Shown piece after piece: positions 8,787 to 19,582 of a stretch of 64,000 bases of DNA (its first letter is position 1; every line of letters begins with the position of its first letter). Position numbers and translations under genes: made by a program. Under the pieces are notes generated by a model that was not told where the DNA came from, searched no databases, and worked only from the letters and a program-made list of their open reading frames with translations. Location: IMG/VR virus record IMGVR_UViG_3300030103_005573, positions 1-64,000 of that record; one strand, given 5' to 3'. This DNA comes from a virus.

Positions 8787-11700
8787 TTAGTCTCCTCTCA
8801 AGTACGAACTTAAATTCCCACTGTTATTAGATAGATTAGAGACAGTATTTACACTACTACCTTCTTCCTCTTGTTGAATATAAAAATACTGATTGTATAA
8901 AGGAAGATTAAAAATCTGCTTTGCCTCGAAAAATTCTAGAAGAGCAGCCCGCTCGGCGTCAGTAAATACATTTTTAAACATTTTCACATACTCTACTGGC
9001 TCGATTGACCTGACTCTGCAAAGAATTTTTCCAGCCCCTAAATCTGGGTTATCAATTACTTTAGAATCTAATATGTTCCAATTATCTAACTTAAGCCTTT
9101 CTCGATTTGTTGACCTTCCCTCAATTGATGAGAAGCTATCAAGATATTCAACTACAGCTATCTGCCTATAATTCATCCAAAACGCTAAAAACTTAACATA
9201 TGATTTCATAGGGTCATCTGCTTCTGGGTATGGTGGGACATCTTTACTATCACTAAAAACGCTAACTGTATTTTCTGATGTAGCGGCTGGATCATTTATA
9301 AAAGGTCTTCTGGCTTTGTAGGTGTTTAAACTATCCAGAGATCCAATATTCGCTTCGCCTGAAACTGATGAAATCAATAACATGCTCTTTATCTGATTTG
9401 GAATTGATGCTAGTTCTTCAGACTCTATCTGATCTGCTATATTATCTGAAGTTAAACTTAGAATTTCCCTTAGTGAAACTAGTGAATTATAATACTGAAT
9501 TCCTGTGCTTGTAACTGATGTCTCTAATGTTTTTTCAAGCTCTAACTCGCCTAATAACATAAATGGAATTTTTATAGATCGATTTTTTGACACAGTATTT
9601 ATTACTGAATTTTCAGGGTCTTTTATTTTAGTATTCTTTATTTTTTTATCCACTTCGGATAAATAGCTACTGGCACTGTCACTAATAGAATTAGACCCAC
9701 CAATAACGCTTGCAATTAAGTCATCAGACTCACAAGGGGCAAAACCCTTCTTTTTTGTTGTATTATAAACTGTAGTTTTTACTTTCCCCTTTTGTACAAC
9801 AGGGCTAGAAAACTGAGGAGTTATTTCTGTCGAAATGTCTAGGGAATATTTGTCGCTAAGCGTATCTAGAACATTCAAGTATACCTGATTATTCTGTTGC
9901 TTTTCGTTTGTCTTATACTCTGGCAGATAAACATCGTAAATTCCCAAATCTTTGTTAAGATAATTTCTAGCGATAATATCTGAAAATATTTGTGCGTACT
10001 GGTTGTATGAATACTCTATTGCGCTATTCTTTATACTGTTTATATTTATCTGATTTATAGTATTTTTCTCGTGTGTTTTTACAGTCTTTGGAGTGAAATA
10101 AGACAAGGAAGAATTCCTGTATGACCCTCCAGGTATAGTTAAGTCGCCAGCCGCCTCAAAATATTTTGCAAATTCTTCTGCACCACGAGAACTAAATTCA
10201 TCTATAGTTAAAACATTAACACCCTTGTGTTGATCTTTGTTAAAAATATAATCATACCCGAGGGCTTTGTCTCTCCCTGTGTCTATGGGTAAAACATAAT
10301 CGTGGTTTGCTACAAGAACAAGACTATGATTTCCAGAGTTCGAGTTATTTCTTATGGGAGGGGCAGACACAGACGTTTTAGTTGTTAGCAGATTTGATCG
10401 ATTTGTTTTTTCTAGTTTTTGTAACAATGAAGTAATCTGATTGTCAAACAGTTTTTCAATCTCATCTAACAATGAAATTTTTACTCTGCTATTATTTCTT
10501 TTAAGGATTGTTGAGTACTCAGATGAAACTCTATCGCCTGAACTAGTCATCCCTAGGGCCAAACTTATATTATTGTACTCATCTAGTAATGCTTCTATTT
10601 CAGCTAAAACATTAACTGTTCTATCACCAATGCTAATATCTATAGAATCAATATTTTGCGCAAGACTGTCTGTCTTAAAATCATATATTTTTGTATTGTT
10701 TGTTCTGAGTGCAGTGATTATTTCATTTATGACCGATTTCCCTGTATAAAGAGCATTAGTTATATCCCTAATAAGATCAACTGAACTGTCCTGTACTGCG
10801 CAAGTTACCGAGTAGGAGTACCTTCCATTGTCTAGGTATTCTGACAAATTGTCATAACATTCATAAAAAACAAATTGTCCGTTTTGATTACCTCTTAAAA
10901 CATTAATATCAACTTCTTTAGCCGTCAAGATTCTCTTTTTAGGGTACTGACTTGTTGGCGTCATTTTAGACGAGTTCTCTACGGTTAACCCATTATTAGA
11001 AACATAAGATATTTCTTTTACATGATTCCTGTGGACTTCCACAGATAAGAGTTCTGCTTTTTTAGACGCCGGGAATAATCCATTTATCGCAGCATTAAAC
11101 AATGTGTCACTCTCGTAAACAAACGGATGAACAGAATTTTTAATTAAAAAAGATCGAATATCGAAAGCGAAGATAATTTTATTACTATTCTCAAGACCTC
11201 TGGATATCCATATATTAGAAAAGTTGTTCGTATCTTTTACTATTTTTGCAAACTCATATCTTTTTACAATACTTTGTTGTTCATTATTATCGGAGAGAAT
11301 AGCTTGATTTTCATTAGGAGAAGTCTTGTCTAGTGTTTGGAATATTTGTGAATCTGGTGATCTTACTGTTCGTTCTTCCTGTAGCCCTAAAAGCATCTTT
11401 TCTGGAGACGGGGAAACATATATGGTCCTCACTCCCAATGGAGTTCTTCTATCAACAAAATTCATCCCGGTATTTATAGAAAAATTGTCAACCGGGTTGG
11501 ATTCTGTTATTTTAGGAACTTTGTTATTATAAACAAAAGCATATACAGATAAATTACTAACATTACCTACCGAATTTGGTAATTCTAAATTCACTGTTTT
11601 AAGAATTGTGCTTCGGTCACTTTGCTCCTTAAACGCTTCCTCAAAAGGTATATCATATATTATAACATCCTTAAAAATACTTGATCCATTTCCATAATTT

Positions 11701-12080
11701 GAAACGTTTTTTTCTAAAACAATATCCCTCGTTATTAAATCAGTTGAGACTGGGGAGAAAGGAATCGAAGAGTCGAAAAGATAGCCTCTGTTCTGCACTG
11801 TTCTTTTTATGAAGTTGTTATAATCGTAAGTTGTAACATCCAGGCTGTTTAGACTAAGATATTCGTTATACCTCTGGGTAATAAAGTCAAGAATTTTTAT
11901 TGTTTCAGGATCAAGAGACAAAAACAGCCTTAGACTCATATTGCTAAACCTAGTCTCAGGAACTTGTCCCCTAACAGATAAATCTATAGACAAATTATTT
12001 GATTTTTTATTTGTGCCCTGGATTTCCGAAGTTTCATGAACTATCGAATCTATGACCAGCTTTGAGTTATTACTTAACAC
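8787..12080 (-). CDS. Large hypothetical virion protein (1097 aa)
   Basis: Long ORF tightly packed in the structural operon; no recognisable motif. Confidence 0.65.
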   Translation of the reverse strand: MLSNNSKLVIDSIVHETSEIQGTNKKSNNLSIDLSVRGQVPETRFSNMSLRLFLSLDPETIKILDFITQRYNEYLSLNSLDVTTYDYNNFIKRTVQNRGYLFDSSIPFSPVSTDLITRDIVLEKNVSNYGNGSSIFKDVIIYDIPFEEAFKEQSDRSTILKTVNLELPNSVGNVSNLSVYAFVYNNKVPKITESNPVDNFSINTGMNFVDRRTPLGVRTIYVSPSPEKMLLGLQEERTVRSPDSQIFQTLDKTSPNENQAILSDNNEQQSIVKRYEFAKIVKDTNNFSNIWISRGLENSNKIIFAFDIRSFLIKNSVHPFVYESDTLFNAAINGLFPASKKAELLSVEVHRNHVKEISYVSNNGLTVENSSKMTPTSQYPKKRILTAKEVDINVLRGNQNGQFVFYECYDNLSEYLDNGRYSYSVTCAVQDSSVDLIRDITNALYTGKSVINEIITALRTNNTKIYDFKTDSLAQNIDSIDISIGDRTVNVLAEIEALLDEYNNISLALGMTSSGDRVSSEYSTILKRNNSRVKISLLDEIEKLFDNQITSLLQKLEKTNRSNLLTTKTSVSAPPIRNNSNSGNHSLVLVANHDYVLPIDTGRDKALGYDYIFNKDQHKGVNVLTIDEFSSRGAEEFAKYFEAAGDLTIPGGSYRNSSLSYFTPKTVKTHEKNTINQININSIKNSAIEYSYNQYAQIFSDIIARNYLNKDLGIYDVYLPEYKTNEKQQNNQVYLNVLDTLSDKYSLDISTEITPQFSSPVVQKGKVKTTVYNTTKKKGFAPCESDDLIASVIGGSNSISDSASSYLSEVDKKIKNTKIKDPENSVINTVSKNRSIKIPFMLLGELELEKTLETSVTSTGIQYYNSLVSLREILSLTSDNIADQIESEELASIPNQIKSMLLISSVSGEANIGSLDSLNTYKARRPFINDPAATSENTVSVFSDSKDVPPYPEADDPMKSYVKFLAFWMNYRQIAVVEYLDSFSSIEGRSTNRERLKLDNWNILDSKVIDNPDLGAGKILCRVRSIEPVEYVKMFKNVFTDAERAALLEFFEAKQIFNLPLYNQYFYIQQEEEGSSVNTVSNLSNNSGNLSSYLRGD

Positions 12081-12083
12081 TTG

Positions 12084-12977
12084 CTATACCTCAGATCCAT
12101 CATCGCAGATGTCAACAGGAGATGAAATATCATCCCTATTATAAGTTGGAGAAACATCACCAGAAGAAAACGATGTTGATATTTCTCGATCAGTCTCAAT
12201 ATCTAAAAAGAACTCAACATATTCCCCGTCAAGAACAGGAAAAAATGAATTTATTTCATCACTTGTGCCGTTGATGGTGCTAAGTAAATTTTGAGGAATT
12301 TGTTGCTCTTGTAAGGTATTTAAGTTTTCTAAATTATTATTTATAAACCCCAAAGGAACAAACCCTTGTTGTTCTGATGATGATACAAATACCTCTATAT
12401 CAAAATTCCCATTTTCTTTAAATACAGTATTCAGTTCTTGAACGCTAAATACCACGGAATCGTTACCTGCAAGCACAAAACTTGTCAATCCTGTTTCGGG
12501 GTCTTCTTCTGTTACATAATTAATATTAAGAGTTGCACTCATTTGAGGAATTATGTTTTCAGACATATATTCCACGCCCCTATCAAACGCAGCATCGCCA
12601 ATATCAAGAACACGGATATTCCAGCTTGGATAGTATTCTGAATTTGGGTCACTTGATCCCAGGACCCTATGGAATCTTGAGTTCCAAACATTTTCTTGAA
12701 TGCTATCGTCCGAATATGTCAACGAAGATAAAGAAACAGTAGATTGATTACCTGATTCAAACCTAGTTCTTGGTAAAAGTCTGGGTGTTTCTTGAGTAAT
12801 TCTATTTTCTATTTGATTTTGTGTCTCTTGTATGTCTCCATACTCACCATCATAGAGAATTCCAGTATCATAAAAAGCATAATAAAATGGCATAAATTCA
12901 CCTTTGGCAAATTTATTTTTACCATAAGGAGTAAGCTCAATAGCCAAGACTTCTTCTTTTTGGTTAAAAAATCTCAT
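12084..12977 (-). CDS. Virion/baseplate protein with N-terminal tail-collar-like motif
   Basis: MRFFNQKEEVLAIELTPYGKNKFAKGEF.P.YYAFYDTGILYD parallels the N-terminus of 4143..5168. Confidence 0.65.
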   Translation of the reverse strand: MRFFNQKEEVLAIELTPYGKNKFAKGEFMPFYYAFYDTGILYDGEYGDIQETQNQIENRITQETPRLLPRTRFESGNQSTVSLSSLTYSDDSIQENVWNSRFHRVLGSSDPNSEYYPSWNIRVLDIGDAAFDRGVEYMSENIIPQMSATLNINYVTEEDPETGLTSFVLAGNDSVVFSVQELNTVFKENGNFDIEVFVSSSEQQGFVPLGFINNNLENLNTLQEQQIPQNLLSTINGTSDEINSFFPVLDGEYVEFFLDIETDREISTSFSSGDVSPTYNRDDISSPVDICDDGSEV

Positions 12978-12981
12978 ACTT

Positions 12982-12988
12982 TAAATAT
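12982..12988 (-). promoter_or_regulatory. Putative late promoter motif ATATTTA
   Basis: TAATATTTA-AAGT-ATG; no SD. Confidence 0.6.
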
Positions 12989-12996
12989 TACCGTGC

Positions 12997-15900
12997 TCAA
13001 TTATTATTGTTTGTTGTTTTTGATGATGCAGTTGATTGTACTAGACTCTCTGTAGATTCCTCATACTCTTTACTAAGATCAGGTCGGAAACCAACTTTAG
13101 AATTAATCTTTACTGATTCTATCAAAGAACAGTAATCATATGGCCAATTATAAGTTGGACTTGACAAGGAGTGTTTAGAAATATAAGTATTCTTAGCAAA
13201 TTCATCTCGGTCGCCAAGAATCCTCTCAACTTGATCTTCTGGGAGCCCTTGTAAAGTCATAAATTCTTTTGCATTATCATATCCAAGAGCGTTTGGACCA
13301 TCAACTTCTTCAATAATCATTTCAGCATAAGTTGAATACCCTTTTTGTTTCACCTTAAACACTAACCATCGGATTTCAGGGAAGAATCCCTGCTTACAGG
13401 CTTTTTCTGCTATATCCAAAAGATCATAACGAGGATGTCCATCTCTGATCTTTGCATTAATATTTAATTGTTCTTTTAGCACTTCTGGGAATTGTGTTAT
13501 CTTATCCTCTACGTTGTCGCCGGGCATATAATGATCAATTGCAGAAAAACTAAACTTCATTTTTCTTGCTAGATCGGGCATAATACCCTGCCAAATATCA
13601 GATAAATCTTGCTTATTTAATTCGGCAGTATGTTCCATGAGATAAACAACAGGTATTTGCTTTATATCTTCTCCTGAAAGTATTTCATCGTATTCATCCC
13701 CGCCAAATGGGTTGATTGTATCGGCGATTGTTGGGTATCCCTTCGGAACAAGACCTAGAAGTTTTTGTGCAAGAACTGGTGGTAATGAATATTTGGTAAA
13801 GTTCTTGCGGAACTCTTTAATTTTTGGTCCCAATTCTCTTGGTGAAGCCTGGAGTGTGATAAGTTTTGAATCTCCTGATTCATCTACATAAAATGGCAAA
13901 GCAACAATTGCTTCTGATATTGTGTTTTCTTTATTGTCCGCAAGCTCGCCAAGCCTTTTGGCTTTTTTAGGGTCGAAACCTTTTCTTATAATTTCATCAG
14001 AATCAAATCCACAAAGATCCGCAAGAGAAGTCACAGATCTACTAGAGTCAATTACAAATTTTGGAACCTTTCGTACATATCGATAACTTCCAACTGTACC
14101 TACCATCCCGCCAATAAATCTCAAATTAGCCACAAGATCATATTCTTCATCTGCACCTGTTGGCACATCTTTAATATACATATAAACACCCTCACCCTCA
14201 TCAGGTGTTGAGCCATATTGGTGCCACATACCTTGAGCAGAACTTGTGAATTCTGATGGATTTACAGAAGAAGAGAAGTCATAATCTACCGCTATACTTG
14301 CTGGCGTTGAGGGAGAGGCATCTACACCTCCAGCAAAATCAGTTGTATTTATAATAGCTGAAGATTTTGCTGTACCAGTTATGACCTTGGTATTCATAGC
14401 GGTACCATTGACACTAGACACTATTCCAATTATTGCGCTTAGGCTACTGGGTCTAGACGCTATTACATCAATTTCTCCGTTAGAGGTGCAAAGCTGAATC
14501 GCATCCTCAATACGTGACGCTAGAACTGCGTTGCTACCCAATGAATTGATACCAACAACATAATTTGTCGCTGAAGCCCTTGAGGGAGAAGAGGTACTAT
14601 TGTCAAACTCAAAAGTAACTGCTGTTGTATTTGTTGTAATTATAATAGTCATACCAGAAGCAGCGGAACCATGATCTATTGCTGTAATAGTTGCGGATGC
14701 AGCAGCGGCGGATACGGCTTCTGCGGCAGGTGTTCTTATGATATTTGGGAAATCAAGGATTGGGCTTTCCCACTTGGGCATTATTGTCCACTTGTTTGGG
14801 TCTGCTGACCTGTAAGAAGATCCTGCCGAGGTTGGAAACTCGTTGCCTATATTTATAGAGGCGTCGATATCCATTCTATTAAGCCAAGCACGATTCCACT
14901 TATAGGTAGGAGTTGTATTTGTTTCTATCGTATTTCCGTAAGAGTCAATAAAGGAACCCGATGTCGCATCGTAATAACTACCGCTCTCATTCAAGAAGTC
15001 TACAAAAACCTCGCCACGGTCATTATTTAAAATTTCTTCTAGCGTATATTCTTGTTTGTCCCCAGTAGGCATAAATGTAATGCGAGCCAAAGAGGGTCCG
15101 TAATAATATGGCGGTGTAAACGGTGCAAATTCACCACGATGCTTGGGCCATGATGATCCAGATGGTGTCCAAGACCCAGACCCAGCAGCAATCTCCCAAG
15201 GTTGTAATATATAACTTGTATTAGTTGCTGGGCCAAAGGCTGCTGGGTTACTGTACATGTTAAACTGGTTTGTTTTCATTAATCCAATCTCCATCATGTA
15301 CGCTTTTGATGAATCAACAGTTACCGTGCGAGCAGCGGCTGTAACCTCTTGAGAACCCTTCGAAGGGCTACCAAATTGAGATACAAACTTTGTAAGTTTT
15401 CCAGGCGAGCCAAATTTATTTTGTTTTGTTTTTAAGAAAAATTGTGGAACATTGGCAAGGAAATTGGATACTGCCTTCTTATAAAGATTGTTAGAATCTA
15501 CCTGACCTTCTGTAAAAGATGCCGTAACATCTAGATGAAGAAAACTATTAATATCAGACATAACCGTTGCTAACGACCCGGTTGTTGTATCTAAATCAGC
15601 AGTTAGGTAATCCTCTGGAGCTAGAATAGATTCAAAAGGTAATCTATCCGCCCAGAAAAGAGCGTTGACGTCTGGGTCTGTCCAATCAAAATTCTCTCTG
15701 TTTCTTCTAGAGTTTCCTGGTATTGTACCTGAAACATTGGCTGTTCCTGTTAATTCGCCATACAGACCCCCAAACAATGGATAACCTATTTTATATCCTG
15801 GAAACGTGCCATCACCAGCGGCTGATGTTGATTCCTTCTTGTCGTATTGTCCAGTGTTTCTTGTTACTCGACGAATTGGAAAATCAACTGCCACACCTGA

Positions 15901-18900
15901 CTTAATAGAGTTATACATGATGCCTGGGGCGAAATATGGTCGTAACATAGTTCGCCACTGGCTAGCTTGCCCGGCTCCCGAGCCTGCAAATTTTGTGACT
16001 GTTCCATATGATTGGGAGAAAAGTGTTGATATCTCAAGAGTTCTATTCATTGGATAAAAACTATCATAAGGCAATATCTTCATAATTACATCAGAACTTA
16101 TCTCAAAATGTCGAGGGTAATCATTGAAAATATAATTAACATCTCCCTTATCATAGGACATGAAATCAGACAAAAATTCTATGTTATCCGTAGTAGCATA
16201 TCTTGTATAGAAGTCTGTATTTGTTCCATCAAAATTATTTACATTTGCTCCCGTTATCTCTAACGAAGATGAAATTGCAGTAAATAAAGTTCGATTAGTT
16301 TTAAATTCAGAAATATGTTCACTTATACGGTATTCTGGGATAATTGTATGTGCCTTGCCTTTAAGCCTTAACTCACTTACCCACTCGTCATAATTATTAT
16401 AAAATGGGTAAACCCTTTCAGCAAGACCGCCCTTGTTTTGTCCATCCACGAATATACGCTCAGAAGCAGCAGTCCATGCAGGGCGAGAAAAAGCTCCACC
16501 AGGAATGCGTGGCTCACAATTCGTATTGGTAGAAGCAACTGTACCAGTTTCAAAAGCAATACTATAAACATATTGTGAACTTACTATTGATGTAGAATCA
16601 TAAGAACTTGTTCCGGCGTTATTAGATGGTGTAGAATCTGTAACAGAATCAATTACTGTACCATAATGAACGCTCATTAACTCACCACAAGCAGTAGTAG
16701 ACTGTCCAGCAAGAATAACAGACGCAGATAATGATCCTGTTTCAAAAGTTGACTGAGCATAGGTATTAGATAAGTCAGACCATAGATAAGAATCCATAGG
16801 CCATATAGAAGCAGACCCTGGTCCTGTTAACTTTGGAGTGAAAGCGTTTTTTAGATTGTACGGTGTTTGGTCGCCAAGTTGGACTACAAATCCTTGTGAG
16901 TTCGTAAAAGGAGATCTCAATCTTGGAACCTGCCTATTATCCCTATCCCTAATTGTTGGTACATAAAAAAGAGTATCAAAATTAGGATAGAAAGTTGTTA
17001 CGGTTTCAATATCCGCATCATTTTTCCAAAATGAATTTGCAAAAGATAGACGAGCACGACTCCCTGAAAGATAGGTATTTATCTCTTTTGGGAAAATTGT
17101 TTCACCATAAGCAAACATTTTTATTATGTTAACACCATTTAGAGCACGAGATGTGTCACTATTTAGTTGTTCTCGTAATACCTCATATGGTCGCTTAACT
17201 TTATTATGAGACGCTTTAATATTGCCAATAAGTTGCCTGTTAAGTTCTCGGTTAGCAAAACCCATCAAAGAGTTTCCATAACTGTACTGTAAATTTAGTG
17301 TCGTTTTGTTACTTGAGTCTTTTGCTGGAGTTCCAACAATTGTTTCAATTTGATGTACTAACGGAATATAACGAGATGTTACTGGGGGCTCTGTAAATCT
17401 CTGAGAGTAATAGTTTATTATTGTATTACCTGCTTGATCAGTAGATGTGCGACTTTGCGTTGCAACATCATTATCAACACCATTCCTAGTTAGGCGCTCT
17501 TCCGGGAGTAATTCATAGATATTATTATTTCTTAAATAAGTTGCCCCATTTTGATACCTTGATTGAAGTTGTGCCCATGGAGCTGTGTATGGATTTGAGG
17601 ACCAAACATAATATTGATTACCATCAATCCAGGTAAAATCGCCCGTTCCCGCATTAAAGGAACTGGGAATACCTGTGCTAAGATTTGTTTTTGATAGAAT
17701 AATATTCTCTGGGTATCTTGACCTTGCAAGTACATAATTGTTATATGTTTTTGAGTCAGAGCCGGAAAGAGCAAAAAACCACTGCGTACTATCTCCTGCT
17801 GGTATTGGTCTTGTTACAAAGTAGGCATCATATATTGTCCCTGTTATAAATGTATTATTTGAGGGTATCACTCGTTGAGTTTGATTTCTCTGTGTTTTAT
17901 TTACTGATGCTATTGTTGTACTACCTGATACAAAACCTCCGAATTCTGTGTGTGTAGACAATCTCTTGATAAATGGGTTGCGAACAGGTAAATTCCTAAA
18001 AGGGAGAGCACTGTTAGATGAGAACTGATCAGAAGTTACATCACGAAACTGTTGCTTAGAGTCAACCTTAGCGCCCGGTGATGAAAAACGATTTACAATA
18101 ATAGTCTCATTTGTTTTCCTCGAAGCTATTTGTCGAGGTGATGGGAAATCTGCTGACCCTGTTAATCCTAGTGCTCTGCGAGAGGGAGTTGTTAAAAAAG
18201 CACTTGGCGTTTGATAATTATAATTTTCAGTATTGAATGCCAGGTCCATGTTAGTTGCAGACCTGTCTGAAGTCTGAACTATTTCATATCTCTTCTGAAA
18301 ATTACCTACCACACGAACGCTGTTAGATATAAATAAAGTTTGTATATTATCAATATTTACAGGGGCTTTAGCTGCTTGACCTCGCAAATAATGACCCCTT
18401 GGATTATTTCCAGAAACTTTATTAATGGCAGCAGAAGGTGATTTACCGCCAGCAAAAGCAGAAGTAGACCCAAAAGAACTAGCGATAAGACTTCCTGCAA
18501 ATAAAACCCCATTCACTGAAGGTCCTGGAATTGTAGTAGTAACAACAATCACTGCGCCAAGATTGTAAGCAGTAACACGTAGATTCTGATCGGTAGCACT
18601 GGCGTTTATACTTGTTACCAAAGAAGATGCCACATCTGTAACACTAGCAGCATCTTTTACGCCCGTAACACTATCAGTACTCTCATCCATATCGGCAGTA
18701 TTATCTAAGTCAGTCTCAAAATTAACACCACCCAAACTCAAAGTTACGTTTTTACCGTTATAATTTGAGGTGGCAAAGGATCCACCACCGATGCTAATTG
18801 TTATTGTGGCTATGGCAAAACCTCCATCCAATGATAAAGAAAATTGCTCTTTTCTCTCATTAGTTTGTAATAAGGCATTGTGTCGAGACTGGATTCCTCC

Positions 18901-19557
18901 AACATACCTCTGCGTGAAAGGACCTTGCATTGGTACCTCACCGCCGTAAGGCTGTATTTTATCATCATGTAAATTTGCAAAATCTAAATTTGGAAAACCG
19001 AAAGATGTTAATTTTGCTTGATATCCTGAACTCACACTGGAACTAAAGGCACTAAAAGGCAGTACTTGTTCTCCAGTAAAAGTTTTGCCGTCAAGAACTG
19101 CTTTAACTGTAGCACGTTTTTTAATCCCTGGAAATAACTCATCATTTATATCGAGATATTCCTCAAATTCACTAAAGACAATATTGTTGGCAAACCTTTT
19201 CTTGTTTAAAGGTTGATTACTCCCACCTTTAATGGAATTATCCATCTCAAGATTAAAAGAAGAAATTCTTTCCCTATCTAAATTTCTTTGTACTTGCACC
19301 TTTACAGATTGGTTAGTATAAAGATTATTAATGTTAAAGGATGAAGATAAAGGGGAATCATATCTGTTTGCGGAATTCTTCCACCAATTATAATTGTTTT
19401 TTTGATTCAGTCCGATCGGCGCATGATTATGCTTCCATCCCTTTGATCCCTGGAGTCTTTGCTGTAGAGTACTTCTTTGATTTGACCCTCCAATAATTCT
19501 TTTAGAACTCTGTGGGGGAGCCGTATCTACAGTTATTTTATTTGCGTTTCTAACCAT
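12997..19557 (-). CDS. Very large baseplate/tail structural protein (2186 aa)
   Basis: Long S/T/G-rich ORF within the baseplate block, with two related ~125-140 aa beta-rich inserts ending in FAGG. Confidence 0.7.
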   Translation of the reverse strand: MVRNANKITVDTAPPQSSKRIIGGSNQRSTLQQRLQGSKGWKHNHAPIGLNQKNNYNWWKNSANRYDSPLSSSFNINNLYTNQSVKVQVQRNLDRERISSFNLEMDNSIKGGSNQPLNKKRFANNIVFSEFEEYLDINDELFPGIKKRATVKAVLDGKTFTGEQVLPFSAFSSSVSSGYQAKLTSFGFPNLDFANLHDDKIQPYGGEVPMQGPFTQRYVGGIQSRHNALLQTNERKEQFSLSLDGGFAIATITISIGGGSFATSNYNGKNVTLSLGGVNFETDLDNTADMDESTDSVTGVKDAASVTDVASSLVTSINASATDQNLRVTAYNLGAVIVVTTTIPGPSVNGVLFAGSLIASSFGSTSAFAGGKSPSAAINKVSGNNPRGHYLRGQAAKAPVNIDNIQTLFISNSVRVVGNFQKRYEIVQTSDRSATNMDLAFNTENYNYQTPSAFLTTPSRRALGLTGSADFPSPRQIASRKTNETIIVNRFSSPGAKVDSKQQFRDVTSDQFSSNSALPFRNLPVRNPFIKRLSTHTEFGGFVSGSTTIASVNKTQRNQTQRVIPSNNTFITGTIYDAYFVTRPIPAGDSTQWFFALSGSDSKTYNNYVLARSRYPENIILSKTNLSTGIPSSFNAGTGDFTWIDGNQYYVWSSNPYTAPWAQLQSRYQNGATYLRNNNIYELLPEERLTRNGVDNDVATQSRTSTDQAGNTIINYYSQRFTEPPVTSRYIPLVHQIETIVGTPAKDSSNKTTLNLQYSYGNSLMGFANRELNRQLIGNIKASHNKVKRPYEVLREQLNSDTSRALNGVNIIKMFAYGETIFPKEINTYLSGSRARLSFANSFWKNDADIETVTTFYPNFDTLFYVPTIRDRDNRQVPRLRSPFTNSQGFVVQLGDQTPYNLKNAFTPKLTGPGSASIWPMDSYLWSDLSNTYAQSTFETGSLSASVILAGQSTTACGELMSVHYGTVIDSVTDSTPSNNAGTSSYDSTSIVSSQYVYSIAFETGTVASTNTNCEPRIPGGAFSRPAWTAASERIFVDGQNKGGLAERVYPFYNNYDEWVSELRLKGKAHTIIPEYRISEHISEFKTNRTLFTAISSSLEITGANVNNFDGTNTDFYTRYATTDNIEFLSDFMSYDKGDVNYIFNDYPRHFEISSDVIMKILPYDSFYPMNRTLEISTLFSQSYGTVTKFAGSGAGQASQWRTMLRPYFAPGIMYNSIKSGVAVDFPIRRVTRNTGQYDKKESTSAAGDGTFPGYKIGYPLFGGLYGELTGTANVSGTIPGNSRRNRENFDWTDPDVNALFWADRLPFESILAPEDYLTADLDTTTGSLATVMSDINSFLHLDVTASFTEGQVDSNNLYKKAVSNFLANVPQFFLKTKQNKFGSPGKLTKFVSQFGSPSKGSQEVTAAARTVTVDSSKAYMMEIGLMKTNQFNMYSNPAAFGPATNTSYILQPWEIAAGSGSWTPSGSSWPKHRGEFAPFTPPYYYGPSLARITFMPTGDKQEYTLEEILNNDRGEVFVDFLNESGSYYDATSGSFIDSYGNTIETNTTPTYKWNRAWLNRMDIDASINIGNEFPTSAGSSYRSADPNKWTIMPKWESPILDFPNIIRTPAAEAVSAAAASATITAIDHGSAASGMTIIITTNTTAVTFEFDNSTSSPSRASATNYVVGINSLGSNAVLASRIEDAIQLCTSNGEIDVIASRPSSLSAIIGIVSSVNGTAMNTKVITGTAKSSAIINTTDFAGGVDASPSTPASIAVDYDFSSSVNPSEFTSSAQGMWHQYGSTPDEGEGVYMYIKDVPTGADEEYDLVANLRFIGGMVGTVGSYRYVRKVPKFVIDSSRSVTSLADLCGFDSDEIIRKGFDPKKAKRLGELADNKENTISEAIVALPFYVDESGDSKLITLQASPRELGPKIKEFRKNFTKYSLPPVLAQKLLGLVPKGYPTIADTINPFGGDEYDEILSGEDIKQIPVVYLMEHTAELNKQDLSDIWQGIMPDLARKMKFSFSAIDHYMPGDNVEDKITQFPEVLKEQLNINAKIRDGHPRYDLLDIAEKACKQGFFPEIRWLVFKVKQKGYSTYAEMIIEEVDGPNALGYDNAKEFMTLQGLPEDQVERILGDRDEFAKNTYISKHSLSSPTYNWPYDYCSLIESVKINSKVGFRPDLSKEYEESTESLVQSTASSKTTNNNN

Positions 19558-19561
19558 TTAA

Positions 19562-19568
19562 TAATTAG
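19562..19568 (-). promoter_or_regulatory. Putative late promoter motif CTAATTA
   Basis: GACTAATTA-TTAA-ATG; no SD. Confidence 0.6.
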
Positions 19569-19582
19569 TCTCTTTTAATCAA

